A DNA stretch of 64,000 nucleotides from Bacilli bacterium (GCA_024408565.1 JAKSUW010000004.1:5863-69862); one strand, 5' to 3'. Positions 39,299-48,222 are shown, numbered from the stretch's first letter. Notes: generated by a model not told the origin, from the sequence alone. Numbers and translations are program-made.

Positions 39299-40648
39299 AT
39301 GGCCTTTGAAGCGTTAACCGATCGATTTTCTAGTATCATCAAAAAGTTAAAAGGTGAGACCTATTTAACTGAGAAAAATATGGAGGAAATGCTAAAGAGC
39401 ATTCGCCTCGCCCTTTTAGAAGCGGACGTCAACTATAAAGTCGTTAAGGAATTTATTAACAACGTTAAAGAGAAAGCGGTTGGTCAAGAAGTCTATAAGA
39501 AAGTTAATCCATCGCAGATGATTACCAAAATCGTCCACGATGAACTAGAGACTTTATTAGGTAGCGATCAAAGTGAGATTAAATATCCTTCGACGCGTCC
39601 ACTCGTAGTGATGCTTTGCGGTTTACAAGGAACTGGTAAAACCACGACTGCGGGTAAACTCGCTAAATATTTCCAAGAAAAACTACATAAGAAAACTTTA
39701 TTAGCGGCGTGTGACGTTTATCGTCCCGCAGCGATTGATCAATTAAAACAGATTGCGAGTCAAGTGCACGCTGATTTCTTTTCGCTTGGAAAAGAAGACC
39801 CAGTGAAGATTGCATCTAAAGCTAAAGAAAAGACCTTTAATGAACATTATGATGCTTTAATTCTTGATACCGCTGGTCGTTTACAAATTGATGCGCCCTT
39901 AATGGAAGAGCTTAGTAAGATTAAGGCGGATGTAAAACCTGATGAGATTCTATTGCTTGTTGACGCCGCGAGTGGTCAAGACGCGATTAACGTCGCGTTA
40001 GCGTTTAATGAACAACTTGGTTTAACGGGTTGCATTATGTCAAAACTTGATGGTGACGCCCGGGGTGGTGCTTCTTTAAGTATTCGTCATTTGACGAACG
40101 TCCCGATTAAATTTGTCGGTGTCGGTGAAAAATTATCTGATTTAGATGCCTTCCATCCAGACCGCATGGCGGACCGAATCTTAGGTATGGGCGATGTCGT
40201 CACTTTAGTGGAGAAAGTCCAAGATGAACTAGACGAGAAGGTGATGGAAAAAGAAGCACGGAAGATGATGTCTGGTTCCTTTACCCTTGATGATATGCTT
40301 CACCAAATGAAACAATTTAAACGACTTGGTTCTTTAACTAGTTTATTAAAGTTTATTCCTGGAATGCCAAGCATTACTGATGAACAAAAAGCGAAAGCGG
40401 AAACCGAAATGAAAAACTTTGAAGTCATCATTAATTCGATGACCAAAGAAGAGCGTCTCCATCCGGAAATTCTTAAGAATTCCCGGAAAGTAAGAATCGC
40501 GAAAGGATCGGGTAAAACGAATATGGATATTAACCGGGTCTTAAAGAAGTACGAACAAATGAAAGAAATCACCAAACGCATGAATGCTTATAAAAAAAGT
40601 GGTGGAAGAGGTCTACCACCCGGAATGAATTTTCCCGGAATGATGTAA
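39299..40648 (+). CDS. ffh: Signal recognition particle protein Ffh
   Basis: GLQGTGKTTT and DTAGR motifs, and a Met-rich M domain at the C-terminus. Confidence 0.95.
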   Translation: MAFEALTDRFSSIIKKLKGETYLTEKNMEEMLKSIRLALLEADVNYKVVKEFINNVKEKAVGQEVYKKVNPSQMITKIVHDELETLLGSDQSEIKYPSTRPLVVMLCGLQGTGKTTTAGKLAKYFQEKLHKKTLLAACDVYRPAAIDQLKQIASQVHADFFSLGKEDPVKIASKAKEKTFNEHYDALILDTAGRLQIDAPLMEELSKIKADVKPDEILLLVDAASGQDAINVALAFNEQLGLTGCIMSKLDGDARGGASLSIRHLTNVPIKFVGVGEKLSDLDAFHPDRMADRILGMGDVVTLVEKVQDELDEKVMEKEARKMMSGSFTLDDMLHQMKQFKRLGSLTSLLKFIPGMPSITDEQKAKAETEMKNFEVIINSMTKEERLHPEILKNSRKVRIAKGSGKTNMDINRVLKKYEQMKEITKRMNAYKKSGGRGLPPGMNFPGMM

Positions 40649-40675
40649 TAAAGTAAGGTATAATAATATTTCGCT

Positions 40676-40749
40676 AGGGGTATCGTACAAAGGTAGTACA
40701 ACGGTCTCCAAAACCGTTTATGTGGGTTCAATTCCTACTACCCCTGCCA
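40676..40749 (+). tRNA. tRNA-Trp (anticodon CCA), CCA encoded
   Basis: Hand fold: acceptor AGGGGTA/TACCCCT; D stem GTAC/GTAC; anticodon stem ACGGT/ACCGT with loop CTCCAAA; T stem GTGGG/CCTAC with loop TTCAATT. A TATAAT -10 lies at about 40659-40664. Confidence 0.85.
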
Positions 40750-40759
40750 TATAATCAAT

Positions 40760-40782
40760 AAGTCCGTTAACGGACTTTTTTA
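40760..40782 (+). terminator. Rho-independent terminator after tRNA-Trp
   Basis: AAGTCCG-ttaa-CGGACTT hairpin followed by TTTTTT. Confidence 0.7.
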
Positions 40783-40791
40783 ATGCAAAAA

Positions 40792-43236
40792 TTAAACTTT
40801 CTTGAGCATTTTAATTAGCCAAGAAGTAGAAATCTTGCTCGCTTTTTCAGAAAACGTTTTAAAATCGATTCCGCTATTACCATCAGCCGTATCGGAAATA
40901 CTTCTAATAATACAAAAAGGTGTTCCGTTTTGTAGACAAACTTGGCCAATTGCCGCGCCTTCCATTTCCGCGCATAAAGCACCTGGAAAGTTTTTCAGGA
41001 TGTCATTTCTTTGCTTCGCAGTGGAAACAAATTGATCACCGGAAACAATAATTCCTCTTTTTACATTAATTCCATCGGTCTTAGCCGACATAATTTTATC
41101 CGCTAATAATTTGTTGGCTCTCATTTCAACTGCACCAAGGGCGTCAATATAACCAAGTGGTAAACCAATCTTGCGTAAATCTAAGTCCCATTCAATTACC
41201 GAATCAGAAATGACCACATCGCCAACTTTTAAGTTTGGATCAAGCGTACCAGCGCAGCCGGTGTTAATAATATAATCCGGATGATAACCATCAATCATTG
41301 CTTGGGCACAAATACCAGCGGAGACCTTACCCATCCCACACTGCATAATAATTACTTCGTTATTACCTAATATTCCGGTATAGGCTGGTTTATTTAGTAA
41401 GGTAATCTTTTTCACATTCGAAAGTTCGGCCCGGAATAAATCTTCTTCGTATTTTAAAGCGGCAATGATTCCATAACGGATTCTTCGCGCGTCGGCTTTT
41501 TTGCTTTCGTGGATTAAACTCGGGAGAACAAGCTTACCACAAGTTAAATCATCGTTATCTTCTTCGTGCGTATCTTCAAACACTATGACATCCCAGCCGT
41601 TTTTAATAAAATCTTGTTCGAGTTTTTTAATTAAGGAAGTTTTCATAGTGCTAAAGCCATTGTCCACGGCGTTATAAGTGGTATAAATCGGCGTAAGTTT
41701 AATCATGAATTTTTGTTTATCAAATAATTTATTAATTTTTGCGATGTCGATGGTTAAAGTATCACCAACGGCAAAAGATAGGGCATATTTCATACCCTTT
41801 GGGAGGGGCATTTTCTTAGCAATCTCGGCAATATCTTCAAGCGGTAAAGAGCGATCAGCCATTAAGAGACCTCTTATCTTATTATCGGTAGTGTGAATAC
41901 TAAATTGTAATAAGGCTTGACCATTATAGACTTCGTTTTTAATTCGACAATATTCAAGAATAAAGCGTTCGACTTTAACCTTATTTCTTGGCAACATCGT
42001 TGAGACATTCGGCACAATTTGCTCAACATCGATTTTATTCGTGATGATTTTTCTTAAATCATATTCAATAAAATTAAGTAACTCATCGTTCATGGTCGGT
42101 TCACCCATGCGCATGAAGTTAATTTCAAAGTATTTAGTGTGCGAGAGGTAGTGGGTGTCTAAGATTACGTTTAATTGATAGGCGAATTCTTCGCTGGTGA
42201 CGTTACCATGTAAACCAAGCCCTGGACAATCACAGAAGGCACAGGCCATATTACAGCCTTTTTGGCAAGACAAAAGGACATACCACCCACGCTCATAATT
42301 AATTTTCGTTAGTTCGTTACGGCCTTGGTAGCCTAAGAAATCCGCTTTCCGAATATGTTCGGGGTAATCGCCCGGATATGAGACGAATTCAATGTATTTT
42401 TTACTGTCGACATAAATTGTTCCGTGGTTTCGACTAATGATTTTTAGTCCCGCGTTTTTCTTAATGATATTGTGGCGAGTCATCATAGCAATGATTGAAA
42501 GAAGCAAAATTGAATTGGTCGTAATGATTGTTACTCGATAAATGATCTGCCAGATTTTTGGTGTTTCTTCATTTTGGTGGAGTAAATAAACAACTAGAAT
42601 ATCTAGACCAAAAATTAATAACTGCACTAACGAGGAAATGAGGATGATCATTTCGTTACCGGATAGTTTCCGTTTTCCTTTATGGAGGAAGCGCGAATAC
42701 ATGTGATCTAATAGAACCATTAACGGTAGGCCAAACGCTAGACACATGACAAAGTCATTAAGTCCGGCAAATAACGCTGTTTCCCATAACCCTGATCCGG
42801 AGGCATAGAGTTGAATTAAACCAACGGCAATACCAATCGGGATAGCGTTAACGGCCATTAAAAGGACATAAGCAATCACTTTATATGGCGAATCTAAGCG
42901 TGTCCGCATCGAGATGGTTTTAACTAATAATTTCCAAATATAGTAGGGCAATAATCCATAGATTAGTTGTGGTATAAACCCCATTAATGCCACGATAATT
43001 CCATAGCCAGAAACTAAATCAGAAAAAAAGTTGGCGAACGCACAACTAATTGCCGCGGGCCAACCATACGCCAAGCCTAAAACCGGGTTAAGAGCAGCGG
43101 ATGGTCTTACATCAGAGACCATGTACGCGGGTAAGGTTTTGTTAAATGTTATCGTAATGGCAAAAAAGAGAATAAAAGTCGCTAAAAACACGATGATATT
43201 CTTTTTACTAAAGATTTTTTTGAATAGTTTTTCCAT
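40792..43236 (-). CDS. Three-domain fusion protein: polytopic membrane domain + RlmN/Cfr-like radical SAM domain + MTA/SAH (5'-deoxyadenosine) nucleosidase domain
   Basis: The ORF is continuous from 43296 to 40792. The start is preferred at MEKLF (43236) because TATAAT elements lie inside the first 20 codons of the longer track ORF. ORF aa about 21-280 are hydrophobic with at least 6 TM segments. aa 347-354 CNMACAFC is a CxxxCxxC motif. RlmN-like blocks are present: FMRMGEP, FSIHTTDNKIR and the C-terminal DDLTCGKL. aa about 605-834 carry YGIIAALKYEE, IIMQCGMGKV and CAEMEGAA, which are Pfs/MtnN hallmarks. Confidence 0.7.
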   Translation of the reverse strand: MEKLFKKIFSKKNIIVFLATFILFFAITITFNKTLPAYMVSDVRPSAALNPVLGLAYGWPAAISCAFANFFSDLVSGYGIIVALMGFIPQLIYGLLPYYIWKLLVKTISMRTRLDSPYKVIAYVLLMAVNAIPIGIAVGLIQLYASGSGLWETALFAGLNDFVMCLAFGLPLMVLLDHMYSRFLHKGKRKLSGNEMIILISSLVQLLIFGLDILVVYLLHQNEETPKIWQIIYRVTIITTNSILLLSIIAMMTRHNIIKKNAGLKIISRNHGTIYVDSKKYIEFVSYPGDYPEHIRKADFLGYQGRNELTKINYERGWYVLLSCQKGCNMACAFCDCPGLGLHGNVTSEEFAYQLNVILDTHYLSHTKYFEINFMRMGEPTMNDELLNFIEYDLRKIITNKIDVEQIVPNVSTMLPRNKVKVERFILEYCRIKNEVYNGQALLQFSIHTTDNKIRGLLMADRSLPLEDIAEIAKKMPLPKGMKYALSFAVGDTLTIDIAKINKLFDKQKFMIKLTPIYTTYNAVDNGFSTMKTSLIKKLEQDFIKNGWDVIVFEDTHEEDNDDLTCGKLVLPSLIHESKKADARRIRYGIIAALKYEEDLFRAELSNVKKITLLNKPAYTGILGNNEVIIMQCGMGKVSAGICAQAMIDGYHPDYIINTGCAGTLDPNLKVGDVVISDSVIEWDLDLRKIGLPLGYIDALGAVEMRANKLLADKIMSAKTDGINVKRGIIVSGDQFVSTAKQRNDILKNFPGALCAEMEGAAIGQVCLQNGTPFCIIRSISDTADGNSGIDFKTFSEKASKISTSWLIKMLKKV

Positions 43237-43457
43237 TATTTTGCTCAACGATAATATTATAATATTATACCCGCACCTAATGTTAAAAATGAGCATAGAT
43301 TTTTATTATTAGACTCGATTAGATGCGAACTAGTCATAAAATGGATTATTATTGTTAATATTTTAAACAAACTGATTGATATAAATATTAATTGAAATTT
43401 TCAATTATTTTCTTATAATTATTAATGGATTTAATCCAATTAATAAGGAGAAAATAT

Positions 43458-44006
43458 ATGGAATTAAAACTTACTAACAAGAAATTAGCCACTATTTTAT
43501 TAGGGCTAGGATGCTTGCTTGCAATCGTTAGCATCTTTTGCTTTTTTGGCTCTGCTTTCAAAATAGTGATGGACGACGGTTCTATTCACGAGTTTGTTAA
43601 CGGACCATCGATGTTTGTCGCGATGTTTGGCGGAATGTATACTGTCGTAATTGGCGGCGAGGAGTATCCTTTTGGTCCAATTGAGGCTGACGCTGGGATG
43701 ATTACGCTTTTTGTTTTTGCACTACTTGCTTTATTAGTCGCCGTTATCATTGCTGTTGGCTTCTTCTCTAAGAAAATTAAACCTAATTTTATTACTATTC
43801 TTACGGTAGCGATGTGTGTGTTCCTTCTTGTTGCCGTTATTATGTCTTTCTGCACACTCCACATATTAGATATTGCGGGAGATCCTGACCCATTAACGGG
43901 AGCTGTTGATAAATTAGGATCAGGCGCAATTAGCTATTCAGTGTTAGGTCTTATCGCTTTATTATCTAGTGTCGGTGGCGTTATTCTTAGCAAGAAAGCT
44001 GCTTAA
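43458..44006 (+). CDS. Hypothetical integral membrane protein
   Basis: 4 to 5 hydrophobic helices. An AAGGAG RBS lies before the ATG at 43459 (MELKL...). Divergent from the fusion gene. Confidence 0.5.
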   Translation: MELKLTNKKLATILLGLGCLLAIVSIFCFFGSAFKIVMDDGSIHEFVNGPSMFVAMFGGMYTVVIGGEEYPFGPIEADAGMITLFVFALLALLVAVIIAVGFFSKKIKPNFITILTVAMCVFLLVAVIMSFCTLHILDIAGDPDPLTGAVDKLGSGAISYSVLGLIALLSSVGGVILSKKAA

Positions 44007-44033
44007 TTATCTTTCTAATTATTAATAATTAAA

Positions 44034-44062
44034 TAGGAAGGGCATCCCTTCCTATTTTTTTT
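44034..44062 (+). terminator. Rho-independent terminator
   Basis: AGGAAGGG-catc-CCTTCCT hairpin followed by T8. Confidence 0.75.
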
Positions 44063-44101
44063 AAAAACATTATGTATTAGTAAAAGACTATAGTAAATAG
44101 T

Positions 44102-44899
44102 TTACTTTTTACTCTTGGGTTTACTTTCTTTTTCTTTTACTGCCGTTTTTGCTTTCGGTAATAAACGAGCGATACCACAGTCATAAACAATCGCACCGAG
44201 AACCGCACCAAGTGCAGGAACAAAGAGATAAACGAGGAATTGACAATCTGGGCCAAAGACTAAACTTAAATCTGCGCCATGAGCGGCACCCCAAATTAAA
44301 GCGAATAAACGAGGACCATAATCACGAGTCATGTTAAAACAGGCACCGCTATATGGACCAGCAATTGTCACCGCGAAAGTAATATAAAGAGCTAACACTA
44401 ATGGGAATAAACCACGGCCAGGTTTATTAACAATCCGCTCATCGTTACAAGCGATAACGATAATAATTAAGAAGGCTGAGAAGATAATTTCGAGTGGAAT
44501 AGCCGCAAACCATTGGCCATTATTGTAATTACAATATAGTAATTGAACCGCTTCATCGACGGGCATTTTACTGATGACGTTATAAAAGACACCATACACC
44601 ATTGCGGCACCACAGAACCAACCAAAGAGTTGACTCGCGATATAAGGAAGTAAGGTCTTTTTATCTTGGCGTTTAGTTAACACCATTCCAAGTGTAATCC
44701 CGGGGTTAAATTGGGCACCACTAACAGGAGCAAAGATTAAAACAGTAAAGGCAATGGCTAAGCCAAATAGCATTGAGAATTCGTATTGATCGATTAGATG
44801 CTCTTGGGGGTTAAGCAAGACTAAGCAACTTAGACCAAAGAAGCCGACCAAAAGCGAACAAAGAAATTCGCTGATACATTGTTTTTTTAATGAGACCAT
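44102..44899 (-). CDS. MIP-family channel (GlpF/aquaglyceroporin-like) with variant NPA boxes
   Basis: SGAQFNPGITLG and GACFNMTRDYGPRLF align to GlpF SGAHLNPAVT and GFAMNPARDFGPK. The boxes read NPG and NMT instead of NPA/NPA. Confidence 0.75.
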   Translation of the reverse strand: MVSLKKQCISEFLCSLLVGFFGLSCLVLLNPQEHLIDQYEFSMLFGLAIAFTVLIFAPVSGAQFNPGITLGMVLTKRQDKKTLLPYIASQLFGWFCGAAMVYGVFYNVISKMPVDEAVQLLYCNYNNGQWFAAIPLEIIFSAFLIIIVIACNDERIVNKPGRGLFPLVLALYITFAVTIAGPYSGACFNMTRDYGPRLFALIWGAAHGADLSLVFGPDCQFLVYLFVPALGAVLGAIVYDCGIARLLPKAKTAVKEKESKPKSKK

Positions 44900-44962
44900 A
44901 GATTTACCTCGCTAGTAATATAGTAAAGTCTTCGCCACAATAACTCAAGATAAGTTATAATA

Positions 44963-45388
44963 ATGGTCGTGAAACGAGAATTAATCTTACGGAACATTTT
45001 ATTTGCCTTTGGCGTAATCTTAGCCTTAGTTTCGAGTACGGTTTTAGTTTTGGAAATTATTGATTTAGTACAAGGCCCAATCGTTGAAGAAACTTCTTAC
45101 TTAGTTTTACAATTTGCCACTGTTATCTTTAAACTCATTCTCTCGCTATACGCCATTTATGGCCTTCGGCGGATTGATGAAGTGATTAATCCACTATTTA
45201 CTTTTACTATTCTTTACATGGTGTTTGTTATTTTCCAAACAATCTCGTTTGTAGGTAATGGTGGGTTAGCGCATTTATTAGAGCCAACGAGCCTTAACGC
45301 GATTCTTGACTTAGTAGTGGCGATTATCTTCTTTGCCATTACCTTAACCTTTAAGATTGATGATTGGCGGAGCAGCGACAAGGAGTAA
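44963..45388 (+). CDS. Hypothetical small membrane protein
   Basis: 141-aa protein with 4 hydrophobic helices. Confidence 0.4.
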   Translation: MVVKRELILRNILFAFGVILALVSSTVLVLEIIDLVQGPIVEETSYLVLQFATVIFKLILSLYAIYGLRRIDEVINPLFTFTILYMVFVIFQTISFVGNGGLAHLLEPTSLNAILDLVVAIIFFAITLTFKIDDWRSSDKE

Positions 45389-45393
45389 TAAGT

Positions 45394-46299
45394 ATGCAAA
45401 AAGCGATTTGTCCAAAATGTCAGAGTGTCATTAGTATTGATGAAAAGATGACCGCGTTTACCTGTCCTAATTGTCAGGAACAAGTTTTTACTGATTCCGC
45501 AATTAAGCATTTAGCCAAAACAATTAACGCTTATAAAAGACGGGGCGAAATTGCCTTACTTGGATCAAGTGATTATCCTAAAGCGTTTACGCTTTATTCT
45601 TCGCTTGCGAAGATTGTGCCCGAAGACTTAACCGTCTTATTAAGTGTCACGATTAGTAAATTATATTGTACAAATCTTCACGAGATTCATATTAAAGAAG
45701 CGACTGATTTACTTCTTAAAGGGAGCGATAAAGTAGAAATTGGCGAAAAGAACGCGAGCGTCTTAGGCGAATATTTAATGCGGATTCGTGAAGACATTAA
45801 TAAAGCCATTGAAGCGTTTAAACTACACGCGAACAAATCTAATTACGCACTTAATCTTTATCATACCGCCCTGAAACAATATATCGATTATCTAAAAGCG
45901 GATTTATCAATTTATGAAGCCCTTAGCAAATATCGTTCTTCTTTTTTAGAGAATGACAAAGTCATTAATGAAGAGATAAAGCGAGTGAATGATTTATTAA
46001 AAGAAAAGATTACGGTCAAAAACGCTAGTAATGATAAACACGATTTCTATAACGCGAAAGGCGAAGTCATCGTGGATATTTATCCCAACACCAAAAAGCT
46101 TTATAAGATTCGGATGTATTTATATGGGGTTGTTGGCTTAGGAGTAATTTTATCGATTATTGGTCTTATCTTATTGAGCGTTAAAGACATGAATCCGTTA
46201 GCAACTTATCTTGTCTTAGGGATTGGTTTAACCTTCTTTATTGGTGGCTATTTTGTTGGTCACCATTTACGTAGTAAAAACTACCACTTAAATTATTAA
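45394..46299 (+). CDS. Hypothetical zinc-ribbon protein with C-terminal TM helices
   Basis: N-terminal CPKC...CPNC zinc ribbon, and two TM helices at the C-terminus. An AAGGAG RBS lies before the ATG at 45394. Confidence 0.45.
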   Translation: MQKAICPKCQSVISIDEKMTAFTCPNCQEQVFTDSAIKHLAKTINAYKRRGEIALLGSSDYPKAFTLYSSLAKIVPEDLTVLLSVTISKLYCTNLHEIHIKEATDLLLKGSDKVEIGEKNASVLGEYLMRIREDINKAIEAFKLHANKSNYALNLYHTALKQYIDYLKADLSIYEALSKYRSSFLENDKVINEEIKRVNDLLKEKITVKNASNDKHDFYNAKGEVIVDIYPNTKKLYKIRMYLYGVVGLGVILSIIGLILLSVKDMNPLATYLVLGIGLTFFIGGYFVGHHLRSKNYHLNY

Positions 46300-46895
46300 A
46301 TTAAGTTATTAACTTTTAAAGTTGTCACTAATTTTTTACACGCTTTCGCGCGGTGGGAGATTTCGTTTTTGCGTTTACTTCCTAAATGAAAGAACGTTTC
46401 GCCATCACTTTTGGCGATAAAGATGGGATCATAACCAAATCCCACTTCGTTAACGTCATAGTCTTTCGCGATGCTGCCTTCAGCGATCCCTTCAAAGACT
46501 AAGGGCGTTTTGGCTAGATTAACTAACACAATCACGCAATGAAAGGTCGCCGAGCGGTCTTTCCCTTTAAGCATCTCGATAATTTTTTGATTGGCTTTGA
46601 CTTGATTCCCGCATTCAGTTACAAAACGGGCCGTCTTTAACCCAGGAAAACCTTTGTAGGCTTTTAAACATAAACCGGAGTCATCCGCCATAACGGGCAT
46701 GTTAACAATTTTGGCCGCCGCTAATGCTTTAATCGTCGCGTTTTCCGCAAAAGTTTTACCGTTTTCTTTGACTTTCGGTAGTGTTAAGTTTAAATCTTTA
46801 AATGAATATAAAGTAATGCCGTGTTTACTAAGTAAAGTGCGATATTCTTCGACTTTATGTTGGTTCGTTGTGGCTAAAACAATTTCAAAATTCAT
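46296..46895 (-). CDS. rdgB: Non-canonical purine NTP pyrophosphatase (RdgB/HAM1 family)
   Basis: ILATTNQHKVEE, DSGL...GFPG and FGYDPIF motifs. Confidence 0.8.
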   Translation of the reverse strand: MNFEIVLATTNQHKVEEYRTLLSKHGITLYSFKDLNLTLPKVKENGKTFAENATIKALAAAKIVNMPVMADDSGLCLKAYKGFPGLKTARFVTECGNQVKANQKIIEMLKGKDRSATFHCVIVLVNLAKTPLVFEGIAEGSIAKDYDVNEVGFGYDPIFIAKSDGETFFHLGSKRKNEISHRAKACKKLVTTLKVNNLI

Positions 46896-46899
46896 GAGT

Positions 46900-46973
46900 T
46901 GGAGCAGGTGGCGAGAATCGAACTCGTGTAATCAGCTTGGAAGGCTGATGTTCTACCATTGAACTACACCTGC
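46900..46973 (-). tRNA. tRNA-Gly (anticodon UCC), CCA encoded
   Basis: Reverse-strand fold: acceptor GCAGGTG/CACCTGC; D stem GTTC/GAAC; anticodon stem TCAGC/GCTGA with loop CTTCCAA; T loop TTCGATT with an A:C mismatch at the base of the T stem; discriminator T plus CCA. Confidence 0.8.
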
Positions 46974-46996
46974 AGCACGTTTTATCTTATCACAAA

Positions 46997-47299
46997 TTAG
47001 CTAACAAATTTAACTAATTGTGTGTAATCCATATAACCAATCGCGGTGCGCGTAATTGATCCGTTTTGTAAGAAGATAAAGGTGGGGACGCTGTTGATCC
47101 GATACATCGCCGCGGCAATATGAAATTTATCAATATTAATTCTTAGGACGGTTAGATGGGGCCGCTCGGCGACAAGTTTCTTTAAGTGGGGTTCAATTTT
47201 TTGGCATGGGGCACACCAATCCGCGTAAAAATCCACCAAGACCTCTTTCGCTTGTTTGAGCATACTGAATTGTTGTTTACCAGTGTATTCGACAATCAT
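46997..47299 (-). CDS. Thioredoxin-family protein
   Basis: WCAPC active site in a 100-aa thioredoxin fold. Confidence 0.8.
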   Translation of the reverse strand: MIVEYTGKQQFSMLKQAKEVLVDFYADWCAPCQKIEPHLKKLVAERPHLTVLRINIDKFHIAAAMYRINSVPTFIFLQNGSITRTAIGYMDYTQLVKFVS

Positions 47300-48222
47300 A
47301 ATGTGAGTCCGGGTAAGTAGCCAAATCCTAGGAAAAAGCCTAACACGATAATTCCGAGATGTAACGGATAATAAAGGTAGAAGCTTAATTGTAAGAACTT
47401 GTTCTTATAGCCCTTATTACCATTATAAAGAAGAATTGGAATAATTGCGAATAAAACGTACGATTGAATTGGCATTGAATAAATGTCGAAGTGGTAATTA
47501 ATAATACTAAGGAGCCAAAAGAAAAGGGTTAAAAGCAAAAGATAAACCGCCCAAAGGATATTACTCACACTTCGATAATAGGCGGATGAACGAAGTTCCG
47601 CTAACGGTCTTTCGTTTTTATGATCTTTCGCGACACTTACGACATAATAGTCGCTTATTTGGTATAAGAAATAAAAACCAACCATCATTAAGAAACCATA
47701 TAAATCATATTGGGGACGTAAGAAAGTGGGCCACCATAAAACATCCGCTTCGTTAAAACTACCAACTAGATTAGCGGTGAAGCCCATAATGACTACGAAT
47801 AAGGGGATGATTGCTAATATGCTCTTCTTATCTTTTCGTTCAATGAGTAAGATAAAACTCGCGGCGCAAACAAAACTTAAGAAAATATTATCGAAGTTAA
47901 TATGCCAGACAAAATACATAATGACTTCGGGGATCATAATAATCATAGTCATTAAACCCATCTTCGCTAAATATTTTTCTTTATCGTGACTATGACGCAT
48001 CGCTTCCGCAAATAAAAGGGCGAATAAGGGTAAGGCTAAGCGACCAATACAACAAAAGATGTGACCCGTAAGACTAAGGGGATTAGTAAAAAAGCTAGGA
48101 TCATCAACTGTTAAACCACTATAAGTCATTAAAAGTAGACCAATGTGGTCTAAGCTCATCGTGAAAGCAGCAATAATTTTTAACGCTAAGCTATTAAGTA
48201 AATGGAAGTTTCTCTTTTTCAT
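47296..48222 (-). CDS. TraX-family integral membrane protein
   Basis: N-terminal ALKIIAAFTMSLDHIG matches the TraX family signature. The protein is polytopic. Confidence 0.55.
   Translation of the reverse strand: MKKRNFHLLNSLALKIIAAFTMSLDHIGLLLMTYSGLTVDDPSFFTNPLSLTGHIFCCIGRLALPLFALLFAEAMRHSHDKEKYLAKMGLMTMIIMIPEVIMYFVWHINFDNIFLSFVCAASFILLIERKDKKSILAIIPLFVVIMGFTANLVGSFNEADVLWWPTFLRPQYDLYGFLMMVGFYFLYQISDYYVVSVAKDHKNERPLAELRSSAYYRSVSNILWAVYLLLLTLFFWLLSIINYHFDIYSMPIQSYVLFAIIPILLYNGNKGYKNKFLQLSFYLYYPLHLGIIVLGFFLGFGYLPGLTL

Noticed and set aside
40792-43296. Alternative reading of the 834-aa ORF as an assembly artefact merging three genes
   Set aside because: The frame is continuous with no stops, and the domain linkers are ordinary in length and composition. 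It cannot be excluded without reads and is listed as a check under the finding.
43237-43457. 220-nt AT-rich divergent intergenic region scanned for a small ORF or sRNA
   Set aside because: The only ATG-initiated frame is 5 codons long, and no convincing hairpin or terminator is present. It is most simply two back-to-back promoters.
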